From NCBI GenBank assembly GCA_046497275.1, contig JAWOFX010000019.1, positions 60,001 to 92,000 on the forward strand: a stretch of 32,000 nt of DNA, given 5' to 3'. The translations under genes were made by a program, and so were the position numbers. Shown piece after piece: positions 18,534-26,833 of this stretch. Positions within the stretch are counted from its first letter, which is position 1. Each line of letters starts with the position of its first letter. A model generated the notes under the pieces. It made no database searches. It saw only the letters and a program-made list of their open reading frames with translations, and was not told the origin of the DNA. This DNA is from Promethearchaeia archaeon (GTDB lineage: Archaea > Asgardarchaeota > Lokiarchaeia > Sigyniarchaeales > SOKP01).

Positions 18534-19593
18534 TTTCTATATCCCTAAACCACGCGATTGTTTTTTTTAAACCCTCTCTTAAGGGAGTTGTAGGTTTCCA
18601 ATTCAATAAATTTTTAGCTTTTGTCAAATCAGGACATCTTCTTTCAGGATCATCTATTGGAAGAGGTTTAAAAACTATTTCTGAATTAGAATCAGTTAAT
18701 TCTACAATAATCTCCGCCAGTTCTAATATAGTATATTCTTTGTCATTTCCTAAATTTATAACTTCACCAATAGCTTCGTCTTTCCGAACCATTTTTAAAA
18801 TTCCCTCAATTTCATCGGTGACATATGTAAACGAACGAGTTTGCGAACCATCTCCAAAAACTGTGATATTTAAATCATTTAATGCTTGATGGATGAAATT
18901 TGGAATAACTCGACCAAATTCCGGACCATATCGGATTCTTGGACCCGAAGTATTGAAAATACGAACTATCTTCGCACGCATATTATGTTGAAGTTCATAT
19001 GCTTTAATAAAAGCCTCCCCCGCTCTTTTAGACTCATCGTAGCAACTTCGTGGACCTACTGGATTAACATGACCGAAATATTTCTCAGAGGTTGGAACAG
19101 CCTCATCTGGAGGATTTCCATACACCTCTGATGTGCTAGTGTAGAAAAATAAAGCATTATGAGCTTTAGCGATGCCTAAAGCATTCATAGTTCCTAAAGT
19201 GTTACTTTTTAAAATAGGAATAGGAAATTGACGAAATTCGAAGGGAGAGGCTCTGCTTGCCATATGCATAACAACATCAAGTTTTTTAATATCTCCAATG
19301 CATATCCCTTCAGGATGATTACTAAAACCAAAATAAATAGGTTTAGAAATATCATGATTAATAAATCTAAAATTTGGATGATTTCTTAGATGTTTAATAT
19401 TCTCAAATTTGCCAGAAGCGAAATTATCTAAACAAATACAATATGCACCCTGTCGTACTAAGACATCACAAACCCATGATCCTAAAAATCCAGCACCTCC
19501 AGTCACTAATATTTTAAGGTCCTTGAATGAAACATTATCATTCTCTAATCTTCTAATTATATCATTGATATCTTTTTCTATATCATAGTTCAT
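18526..19593 (-). CDS. uxs: NAD-dependent UDP-glucuronic acid decarboxylase (UDP-xylose synthase)-like extended SDR
   Basis: TGGAGFLGS, MASRASP, TSTSEVYG, NPVGPRSCYDESKR, RIFNTSGP, GDGSQTRSF and DDPERRCPD. Confidence 0.85.
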   Translation of the reverse strand: MNYDIEKDINDIIRRLENDNVSFKDLKILVTGGAGFLGSWVCDVLVRQGAYCICLDNFASGKFENIKHLRNHPNFRFINHDISKPIYFGFSNHPEGICIGDIKKLDVVMHMASRASPFEFRQFPIPILKSNTLGTMNALGIAKAHNALFFYTSTSEVYGNPPDEAVPTSEKYFGHVNPVGPRSCYDESKRAGEAFIKAYELQHNMRAKIVRIFNTSGPRIRYGPEFGRVIPNFIHQALNDLNITVFGDGSQTRSFTYVTDEIEGILKMVRKDEAIGEVINLGNDKEYTILELAEIIVELTDSNSEIVFKPLPIDDPERRCPDLTKAKNLLNWKPTTPLREGLKKTIAWFRDIENE

Positions 19594-19834
19594 ATTTTAT
19601 CCAATTCTAAAAAATATTTAATTCTATATTATCTTTTTTAGTTAGATCCTCTTTCTAAAATTTTTAAAATTAGTTGTTTCCTAGATCTATTATAATTTTT
19701 TTATATGGAATGAAGTTTAAAGGTTACCATATTCTAAAGAAACGCAGAGAATAAATAAGAATACTAATATTTTCGCTAATCAGTCTAAGATAGAAAATAT
19801 TATTATTCTAATAAAAAGGATGATATTATAGAAA

Positions 19835-20446
19835 TCATTGAGTTTTTCTGCCACAATATTGACAGAATTTCTGTTCAATGGGGTAAAAGCTTCCACAATT
19901 AGGACATTTTTTTAAACTATTATTCAATATTTCTCTTGCGAGCATTTGAAAGGCTTGTTCCACATTCTCTCCGGTTTTAGCTGAAGTACTTATTATTTCA
20001 CCTTGAAAATTATATTTATCAAACAACCTTTTTCCTTCTTTTTTTGATACTTCTCTTAGATTTTCCAAATCACTTTTCGCTTCAAGTAATAATTTTGTTT
20101 TAGGACTATTTGGTACTGAAGTGATTACTTTCATCCAATCATGCAAATCTATAAGGGATTCATTATTGGTGATATCATAAAGTATAAGGGCACCTGATGC
20201 TCCCGATACATAAGAAGGTAATAAAATACGAAATTTTTTCTCTCCAGCAAAGTCCCAAATATTTAGAAGAATATCTGTGTCGTCTACCTCAACCTTTTTG
20301 GTTTCAAAATCGACTCCAATGGTTGAAAGTAGATCAGAATGGAATTTCCCCGTGCAATATTTCCTGATCAAACTAGTTTTCCCAACATTTTTAGCTCCAG
20401 CAACTATAACCTTAAATTTGACTAATCTTCTAGAATTTTCGGACAT
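19835..20446 (-). CDS. Rab-like small GTPase with a C-terminal Zn ribbon
   Basis: G1 GAKNVGKT, switch I STIGVDF, G3 WDFAG, G4 AKSD, G5 SAK; tail CPNCG...CQYCG. Confidence 0.92.
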   Translation of the reverse strand: MSENSRRLVKFKVIVAGAKNVGKTSLIRKYCTGKFHSDLLSTIGVDFETKKVEVDDTDILLNIWDFAGEKKFRILLPSYVSGASGALILYDITNNESLIDLHDWMKVITSVPNSPKTKLLLEAKSDLENLREVSKKEGKRLFDKYNFQGEIISTSAKTGENVEQAFQMLAREILNNSLKKCPNCGSFYPIEQKFCQYCGRKTQ

Positions 20447-20528
20447 TTCTAACCCATTTTTAGTATATATATAATATAATTACCTTTATTGATTAATAAT
20501 TTTTTTTTGTATAAGATTTTACCAATAA

Positions 20529-20837
20529 TTGAAATTTATAGATCATCCTTTAATTATAGAAGTTATTAAAATAGAAGGAATATGTCCCGTCTATATAGTT
20601 GGGGATAAAACAATTATAAAAGGGTCCATTATAGATATGGAAAAATCTGATGCTGTCTGTATCCACTCCTTGTTTTGCCTTCGACTATTTATTATGGCAT
20701 TAAGGGAAGGAGTTATATCAGCTGATCTTGGATTGTCTACTAAAAAGAACGGACTTAGATATTTTCAGCGTTTGGATCCCGGTAAACCTTATACTAACAG
20801 AGAAACTGTAACATTTAAGATATTATCTTCTATTTAA
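20529..20837 (+). CDS. TIGR04076-like protein, possibly decaying
   Basis: EGICPVY..GD, DAVCIHS, ALREG...LGL and LDPGKPYT...TV.F match the family pattern as I recall it. TTG start; several conserved residues are altered. Confidence 0.65.
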   Translation: MKFIDHPLIIEVIKIEGICPVYIVGDKTIIKGSIIDMEKSDAVCIHSLFCLRLFIMALREGVISADLGLSTKKNGLRYFQRLDPGKPYTNRETVTFKILSSI

Positions 20838-20885
20838 AATGAGCTTTAGCAGAATATATTAAAAACAAGAATTTTCAAAATTATT

Positions 20886-20965
20886 AAGAAATAAGGAAGG
20901 AAGTACTTTATTGGTACTTCCTCCCGTCGAACTCCACCGATACTTTGGTGACTTATTCACCTCTT
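20886..20965 (-). ncRNA. Candidate structured small RNA or terminator-like element
   Basis: 32 of 69 nt are G+C (20895-20963) in very AT-rich flanks. A 12-bp stem (20895-20906/20914-20925) is fully paired only on the minus strand (internal G.U) and is followed by UUAUUUCUU. There is also a 5' GGUGA/UCACC hairpin and TTATATAA about 25 nt upstream. Confidence 0.35.
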
Positions 20966-21158
20966 ATCTGATTGAGTTCATATTATATAAATCCAATTAT
21001 CCTTTTAATTATTGTGTAAATAGATTATAAATTCTAGGATTCATTTGGTTAAGATTTTTAAATTAAGTTAAGGATTTTCAAACATTAGTATTTTAGCAAA
21101 ATTATACTATTTTTTTAAAAAGACTATCTTATTAAATCAAAGATTAGAAATAGAGAAT

Positions 21159-23486
21159 TTAATCCGTTTTTTCCTTCTTATATTTAAATCGACTAATTTT
21201 GTATATTTCTTGAGCAATTTTCTTTCCAATATTCTCAATTTTCATCAAATCTCCAATATCTGCGTTAAAAATAGTTTGCAATGTTTCCATTTTGCTTAAT
21301 AAATTTTTTGCTCTTAATTTGTTCACTCCAGGTATCCCCGCGATAACATATTCTAACAAATATGATATATCGAGAGGGGCTTTCTCGAATCTAAGTTTTT
21401 CAGTTGATTTTTCATTTGTTTGTTCTTTTTTTGTTATATGATATAAGAAATTAACTGTTTCCTCAACATTTTTAGTTCTATAGAGAGTTATTCCTAAATT
21501 TAGAATAATGGATGAGATCGCACCATATATTGCATTCTCGGTGATATTAGTATTTTCGAAAGGATCTCCTTCTAATATTAAAATAGGACGTTCGAAATTA
21601 TTATTCAAATCAATTAATTCCTTAAATAACCTGCCATCTTTAATAGAATCATTAAAATCTTGACCACTTTTCCTTTCAATACCCACACGATTTGATATGA
21701 TATAATCAGCCACATCAAGTTGTTCTAATTCCAAATTCACTCCCATTAATGAGAGCTTCCTAACGATGGGTGATGCAGTCTCTCTATTATCACAAACGAC
21801 TTTAAATTTTTCAGCTCCTTCAATTTTTTCGTTTTGTGTAGGATCTCCCTTGCCTTTATTTTTATCTTCTGAAATATAACTCATTAGACTTTTCTGCTCA
21901 TTTGAATCTGATGTTTGCTGGAAATTTTTTATCTTTTTTAAATTTCTCCGCATATTTGATTCTTTAGCCTTCTCCGCCCAATAGTATCCTTCATCTCGAG
22001 TCCCTTCCGCCATCAAAATAAATACTTTCCCTTCCTTTTTTCGCCCGGTTCTTCCCCTTCTTTGAATCGATCTAATCGCACTCGGGACCACATCATAAAA
22101 GACTACTAAATCACACTCAGCAATGTCTAATCCCTCTTCCGCAACACTGGTACCAATTAAAGTATTATAAATACCATTCTTAAACTCTTCCAACAGTTCA
22201 ATTTGACGTTTCTGAGTTAATCCTTTGTCTGATCCTTTATTTGCTTGTCCAACAAACTTATGAGCTTTTACAATTGAATCTTCATCGAAGTAATCTACGA
22301 TATTATTAACGGAGTCACGGTAATGGCAAAAAACTAAAATACGAGATAATGAATTCTTAGTAAGCTGATCATGCAAGAGAGTTTTTAATTTTTCCATTTT
22401 AGGATGAACTATTCCTTTTGCTTGAATTTGATTTGTAAGATTAATCACTCGTTTAAAATCATTATCACTAAATAATTCCTTTAAAGATTTATTTGCCTTA
22501 TTTTGTTTAATTTTTTCCTTATTTTTATCTATGTATTCCTTAAGTGCATTAATGCCTTGGGTTTCTATAAGTTCAGACATATGGGATATCCTGATCGCAT
22601 TTGCCTGCAGTTTTTTCGCATAAAATAATGCAAATTTCTCATCTTCCGACTTGGCTGAGGATAGTTTTCTATTAATCTTTTTATTTAGCTTTAAGAGATC
22701 CTTTCTTGTGACTTTACTTGTATCATATGAATCTAGTAAATCACCTTTTTTTAGATGTTTATAAATCTTTTTTAATTTCTCGTTTAGAATATTTAGGATT
22801 TCTGAGAATTCATTTGGCAATTTTACTTTTATCCATTCATTATCAACCTTATGAATATAGGGCTTTACATCTGCATCATTTTCTGTCCGTATCTCAATAT
22901 GGTCAATAAATAAATTCTGTTTGATCTCTTTTATTTTTTCCTCCTCAGAGCCTGGACTGGCAGTTAGCCCTAAAATATGTGCATTCTGCGAACTTTCCAC
23001 ATATTTTTTTGCTATAAAACAATACGCATAATCCCCCACTGCCCTATGGCATTCATCAAAAATAATTAATGAAACCTCTTCTAAGGAATATTGATTTGAG
23101 ATAATATCATTTTGAAGTACTTGTGGCGTCATAAACGCAACCTTCAGATCGCTCCATAATTCTTTCCTCTCCTCTGGGGGCGTGGTTCCAGTTATGGGCT
23201 TTAATGAATCTTGCTCTAAAACTGTTAAATCAAGAAAGGAATGATAATGTTGATTTACTAATGGTTTTGTAGGAGCAAGAAAGATAACCTTGGAATCCGG
23301 GATTTCAGTTAATCTATGTACTGCCAGCATTAATCCGATTATTGTTTTTCCCAATCCTGTGGGGATCACTACTAAAGAATTTTGGTTGAGACAACTGATA
23401 AAAATATTTTCTTGATAGGATCTTCTAAGAATTAAATCTTTTTGAATAAGGGGATGAGAGATATACTCTTCTTTTTCTGAAACCAT
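21159..23486 (-). CDS. hef: Hef (FANCM-like SF2 helicase fused to an ERCC4/XPF nuclease and (HhH)2)
   Basis: PTGLGKT, DECHRA, TASPG, TSVAEEGLDI and QRRGRTGR; nuclease DNRE...ADY...ERKSGQD; HhH motifs IPGVNKLRA and IENIGKKIA. Confidence 0.95.
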   Translation of the reverse strand: MVSEKEEYISHPLIQKDLILRRSYQENIFISCLNQNSLVVIPTGLGKTIIGLMLAVHRLTEIPDSKVIFLAPTKPLVNQHYHSFLDLTVLEQDSLKPITGTTPPEERKELWSDLKVAFMTPQVLQNDIISNQYSLEEVSLIIFDECHRAVGDYAYCFIAKKYVESSQNAHILGLTASPGSEEEKIKEIKQNLFIDHIEIRTENDADVKPYIHKVDNEWIKVKLPNEFSEILNILNEKLKKIYKHLKKGDLLDSYDTSKVTRKDLLKLNKKINRKLSSAKSEDEKFALFYAKKLQANAIRISHMSELIETQGINALKEYIDKNKEKIKQNKANKSLKELFSDNDFKRVINLTNQIQAKGIVHPKMEKLKTLLHDQLTKNSLSRILVFCHYRDSVNNIVDYFDEDSIVKAHKFVGQANKGSDKGLTQKRQIELLEEFKNGIYNTLIGTSVAEEGLDIAECDLVVFYDVVPSAIRSIQRRGRTGRKKEGKVFILMAEGTRDEGYYWAEKAKESNMRRNLKKIKNFQQTSDSNEQKSLMSYISEDKNKGKGDPTQNEKIEGAEKFKVVCDNRETASPIVRKLSLMGVNLELEQLDVADYIISNRVGIERKSGQDFNDSIKDGRLFKELIDLNNNFERPILILEGDPFENTNITENAIYGAISSIILNLGITLYRTKNVEETVNFLYHITKKEQTNEKSTEKLRFEKAPLDISYLLEYVIAGIPGVNKLRAKNLLSKMETLQTIFNADIGDLMKIENIGKKIAQEIYKISRFKYKKEKTD

Positions 23487-23678
23487 ATTAACCAGAATGA
23501 TTTAAATACTATTTTGAATATTCAATGATACTGAATGCGTCCAGTTATATAAAATGATAGAGTCCACTGATTAACTTAAATACATTTAATATCTTTTTAA
23601 TAAAATTAGATAAGACGATATTTTACCTTGAAAAATAAGAAAATTTAATTGAGAGTAGAAATTAATTTTTATAAAAAT

Positions 23679-23784
23679 GCGCGGATGGTTTAGCCTGGTA
23701 TAACGACACGCTCACACCGTGTAGGTTCGAGGGTTCAAAACGATTAAATCGTTTAGATACTGCGTGGAATTCCCTCTCCGCGCA
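23679..23784 (+). tRNA. trnV: tRNA-Val(CAC) with a 31-nt intron (23740-23770) at position 59/60 in the T-loop
   Basis: Acceptor GCGCGGA/TCCGCGC plus discriminator A; D-arm GTTT-AGCCTGGTA-TAAC; anticodon arm ACACG-CT CAC AC-CGTGT; T-stem GAGGG/CCCTC. Removing 23740-23770 restores T-loop TTCAAAT and gives a 75-nt tRNA. A BHB motif is present and CCA is not encoded. Confidence 0.92.
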
Positions 23785-23947
23785 TTCTTTCTTATACGCT
23801 CAAGATAAAAATCATTCTATAAAATATGTTCATTCTGATTTCATCCTTCAATATCTTTTTAACATATAAATTCGCAATAAAAATCATAAAAATTAAATGA
23901 AATGCTATATTTAAAGAAATAATTACCTTTTTCTGAGTTAATTCACC

Positions 23948-24253
23948 TTGTCCAGCTTTATAGAATCTCGCGAGTTACGTAAGAAATACAAAGAAGTAAA
24001 AGAATATGTTAAGATTGGGCCGATATTCCTAACTAGATATGAAAAAGCGAGAATAGTTGGTGCTCGAGCATTACAGATTAGCTTTGGCGCTCCTATTTTG
24101 GTTGAAAAATCTACGGACTTAATTGACCCGATAAAAATCGCCCAAGTAGAGCTTAAATCTAGAATTCTTCCATTAACAATAAGAAGAGAGCACCCTAGCT
24201 CAAATGAAATTCAAGATATCCCAATCAATAAACTTATTCTAAAGAAAGATTAA
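23948..24253 (+). CDS. rpoK: DNA-directed RNA polymerase subunit Rpo6 (K/omega/RPB6)
   Basis: [22 protein letters not shown]...[10 protein letters not shown]...LPLTIRR; TTG start as given. Confidence 0.95.
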   Translation: MSSFIESRELRKKYKEVKEYVKIGPIFLTRYEKARIVGARALQISFGAPILVEKSTDLIDPIKIAQVELKSRILPLTIRREHPSSNEIQDIPINKLILKKD

Positions 24254-24275
24254 TTATAATTCAATTTATTCTATT

Positions 24276-24707
24276 TTATTGAATTTTGTATCGTCCTTTT
24301 TCAGAAAGATAATAGACTCTATTTGGCCCCACGATTTCAGTTTTTACATATCCTTTTGCAATGAGATTATCTAAAATCTCTTCCAATTCTGCCTTTTTAA
24401 ACGGTTCTTTGCCCATCGGCATCCTACTCTGATTAGTAATTATCGCAATTCTATTTAAAAACATCCTTTTATCTTGTATGCTTTCTATTACCGTGATTTC
24501 ATTATTACTTAATTTCTCAAAGCTATCATGAGTTATCACCTCATCTCTCAATGTTTGAGCAAGATTAATTGTTTCCTCACTAGGTTTTTGCTTTTGCGTA
24601 TCCACATGAGTCAATTCTACCAAATCTTTCGCAACTTTTTTTTCCTTGCCTTTGGCAGTCTCTTCAAAATAGGATCTCATTTTTTCCTTTTTCTCATCAT
24701 CTCCCAT
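24276..24707 (-). CDS. Hypothetical protein with a C-terminal winged helix-turn-helix-like domain
   Basis: Charged N-terminus, then LSNNEITVIESI...ELEEILDNLIAKGYVKTE..PNRVYYLSEKG, a recognition-helix plus wing pattern. Confidence 0.55.
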   Translation of the reverse strand: MGDDEKKEKMRSYFEETAKGKEKKVAKDLVELTHVDTQKQKPSEETINLAQTLRDEVITHDSFEKLSNNEITVIESIQDKRMFLNRIAIITNQSRMPMGKEPFKKAELEEILDNLIAKGYVKTEIVGPNRVYYLSEKGRYKIQ

Positions 24708-24754
24708 AATTACATTATAAACAATTTTATTATTTAAACACTTATATTTACCTA

Positions 24755-25321
24755 ATGAAAGAAGATTATACTCTCGAGAATGGAGAGAAAGTTATTATTC
24801 GTCATGTAAAGAGGTCAGATGTTGAGGGAGTATGGAATAATTTTAATCAAGTGGTAGAAGAGGGCATATATCTTCCCGTGTTTTTCCCAGTTAAAAGTCA
24901 TTTTGAAAAGCAAAATTGGTATGATAATCTTAAAAAGGATAATGAAATATGTATTGTCGCGGATTATAAAAATCTGAAAAGACCAATCAACATAATTGGG
25001 CAATGTGAGATTTCAAACGTTGAATGGGATGCTGCTATTCATGTTGGAAATTTAGGGATCATCGTTCAAAAAAAATATAGAGATGAAGGTATTGGGAGGA
25101 AACTAATAGATATCGCAATAAAAGAATCTAAAAAATTACTTGAAAAGGAAAAAATCATTTTAAGCTGCTTCTCTTCAAATAAACGAGCCATACACCTTTA
25201 TGAATCAATAGGATTCAATATCGTAGGGATTAGAAGAAAGCAATTTCTAATTGAAGACCAATATTACGATGAGGTATTGATGGAATTATTCATTGATGAG
25301 TATTTGGGGGCAACTAATTGA
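24755..25321 (+). CDS. GNAT N-acetyltransferase (RimJ/RimL/YhhY-like)
   Basis: LGIIVQKKYRDEGIGRKLI, SSNKRAIHLYESIGF and YYDEVLME. Confidence 0.88.
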   Translation: MKEDYTLENGEKVIIRHVKRSDVEGVWNNFNQVVEEGIYLPVFFPVKSHFEKQNWYDNLKKDNEICIVADYKNLKRPINIIGQCEISNVEWDAAIHVGNLGIIVQKKYRDEGIGRKLIDIAIKESKKLLEKEKIILSCFSSNKRAIHLYESIGFNIVGIRRKQFLIEDQYYDEVLMELFIDEYLGATN

Positions 25322-26761
25322 TTATGGATATCGTGATCGTCGATTATAGCAAATTTTAGATTCAGGGGTGAGAGGATTATCATTCAAAAAAATGAAATTT
25401 AGATTTTGTAATTTTTCTATTTTTTCATTATTAAAATGAGTGATTTCATTGCTCTTGAGAAATAAAATAATTAATTGTGTTAATGCATCAATTCCTCTGA
25501 TTTCCTTGATTTTATTATTGTCCAGAAATAATTCTTGAAGCTTATGAAGGGTATCTAACCCCTCAATCTCCTTAATTTTATTATTGGATAATTCAATTTT
25601 TCTCAATTCTATGAGAGTATCTAAGTTTTCTATTTTTTGAATATTATTATTGGACAGATATAAACCCTTCAAATCGTTTAAATTTTCTAATCCTTCTATC
25701 TTTTCGATTTGATTATTGTTTAAGTGGAGCCAATGAAGATTTCTCAAACGGTCTAAACCAGAAATCTTTTTTATATCATTGAACGATAAATTTAATTTTT
25801 CTAATTTAGGTAAATCTATAAGACCCTTTATTACTGTGATTTTATTATTGTTAAGATTTAAATCTTCTAAATTACTTAAGCCAGATATTTCGCTTATCTC
25901 AGTTATTTGATTATGATCCAATGTGACCTTTTGGATGCTCTGGAGATTATTTACATTCTTAATTTCTTTTATTTGGTTATGGGATAAATTTAGTTCCTTT
26001 AGATTTTGTAATTTATCTAAATTATCAATTGTTTTAAGTTTGTTATGGGATAAATCGAGGATTTGTAGATTTTCTAAATGATTTAATCCATAAATATTTG
26101 TAATTTTATTCCGCTTAAGTATTAAATGCTCTAAATCAGTCAATCTTTCTATTACTGGAATCTCATCTATTGAACCAAATCCAGAACCCTCACAATTCAA
26201 AAGAATTATTTTTCCTCCTCGAAGAGTCACATTAAAACCACATTTTTTAATAAAATAATCATATAGAATGATATTTAAACAAAAAACAATGAGATCTTCA
26301 TTAATAGGACTATGAGATTTTAAAAAGATTTTCTCTGGATACTCTGATAATTCAGTTGTCTTAATAGATTTGATAGAATTTTGAAGATAGTCTTTAAGGA
26401 GCTTCCAGGACTCTCTGTTATTAATTTTTTTTAGTATTTCAAGAGTTAAAAGTTTTTTTTCTATTAATTCAACTTTTTCTAGAACATATTTTGTTAGCGA
26501 AAGAAGCTTCGTTTTTTCAATATATTTATCTTTTAAAATTTTACCAGAGATCAAACAAATCTTAATATTAGCATCAGATAAGAATAATTGTTCAAAAAAA
26601 GTATAATGGTTGCCCTTATCAAGATTTCCTAATATCTCTAATGCCTTTTCTCGAAGTTTTTGTTCATTAGAATTCAAAATCCATTCCATTAATAGAGATG
26701 AAGCTTCTTTAGTCCCTAATTCACCTATATGTTCCTTTATATTTCTTGGATTTAATTCCAT
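25322..26761 (-). CDS. Leucine-rich repeat protein (SDS22-like class) with a HEAT-like helical N-terminus
   Basis: About 12 repeats of LxxLxxLxLxxNxIxxIxxL from residue 207, ending in NPL. The N-terminus has REKALEILG-type helical repeats. Confidence 0.9.
   Translation of the reverse strand: MELNPRNIKEHIGELGTKEASSLLMEWILNSNEQKLREKALEILGNLDKGNHYTFFEQLFLSDANIKICLISGKILKDKYIEKTKLLSLTKYVLEKVELIEKKLLTLEILKKINNRESWKLLKDYLQNSIKSIKTTELSEYPEKIFLKSHSPINEDLIVFCLNIILYDYFIKKCGFNVTLRGGKIILLNCEGSGFGSIDEIPVIERLTDLEHLILKRNKITNIYGLNHLENLQILDLSHNKLKTIDNLDKLQNLKELNLSHNQIKEIKNVNNLQSIQKVTLDHNQITEISEISGLSNLEDLNLNNNKITVIKGLIDLPKLEKLNLSFNDIKKISGLDRLRNLHWLHLNNNQIEKIEGLENLNDLKGLYLSNNNIQKIENLDTLIELRKIELSNNKIKEIEGLDTLHKLQELFLDNNKIKEIRGIDALTQLIILFLKSNEITHFNNEKIEKLQNLNFIFLNDNPLTPESKICYNRRSRYP
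25367..26143 (-). repeat. Protein-level tandem LRR array (22-aa, 66-nt period)
   Basis: Ten 22-aa units, one 24-aa unit and a final partial unit, e.g. LENLQILDLSHNKLKTIDNLDK / LQNLKELNLSHNQIKEIKNVNN. Confidence 0.85.
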
Positions 26762-26833
26762 TTGTCAAAATGTATAATTATTAGGAATTCAAAAAGCTGC
26801 CAAATGTGAAGACTTTAAATAATTTTTACCCAT

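Noticed and set aside
20920-20945. GGUGGAGUUCGAC as a fluoride (crcB) riboswitch or a tRNA T-arm
   Set aside because: There is no downstream UGAUGACUCC-type pseudoknot partner, no cloverleaf, and no crcB/fluc gene nearby.
25319-25324. Convergent GNAT and LRR genes with abutting stop codons (TGA directly followed by the reverse TAA)
   Set aside because: Consistent with ordinary genome compaction; nothing suggests a function.
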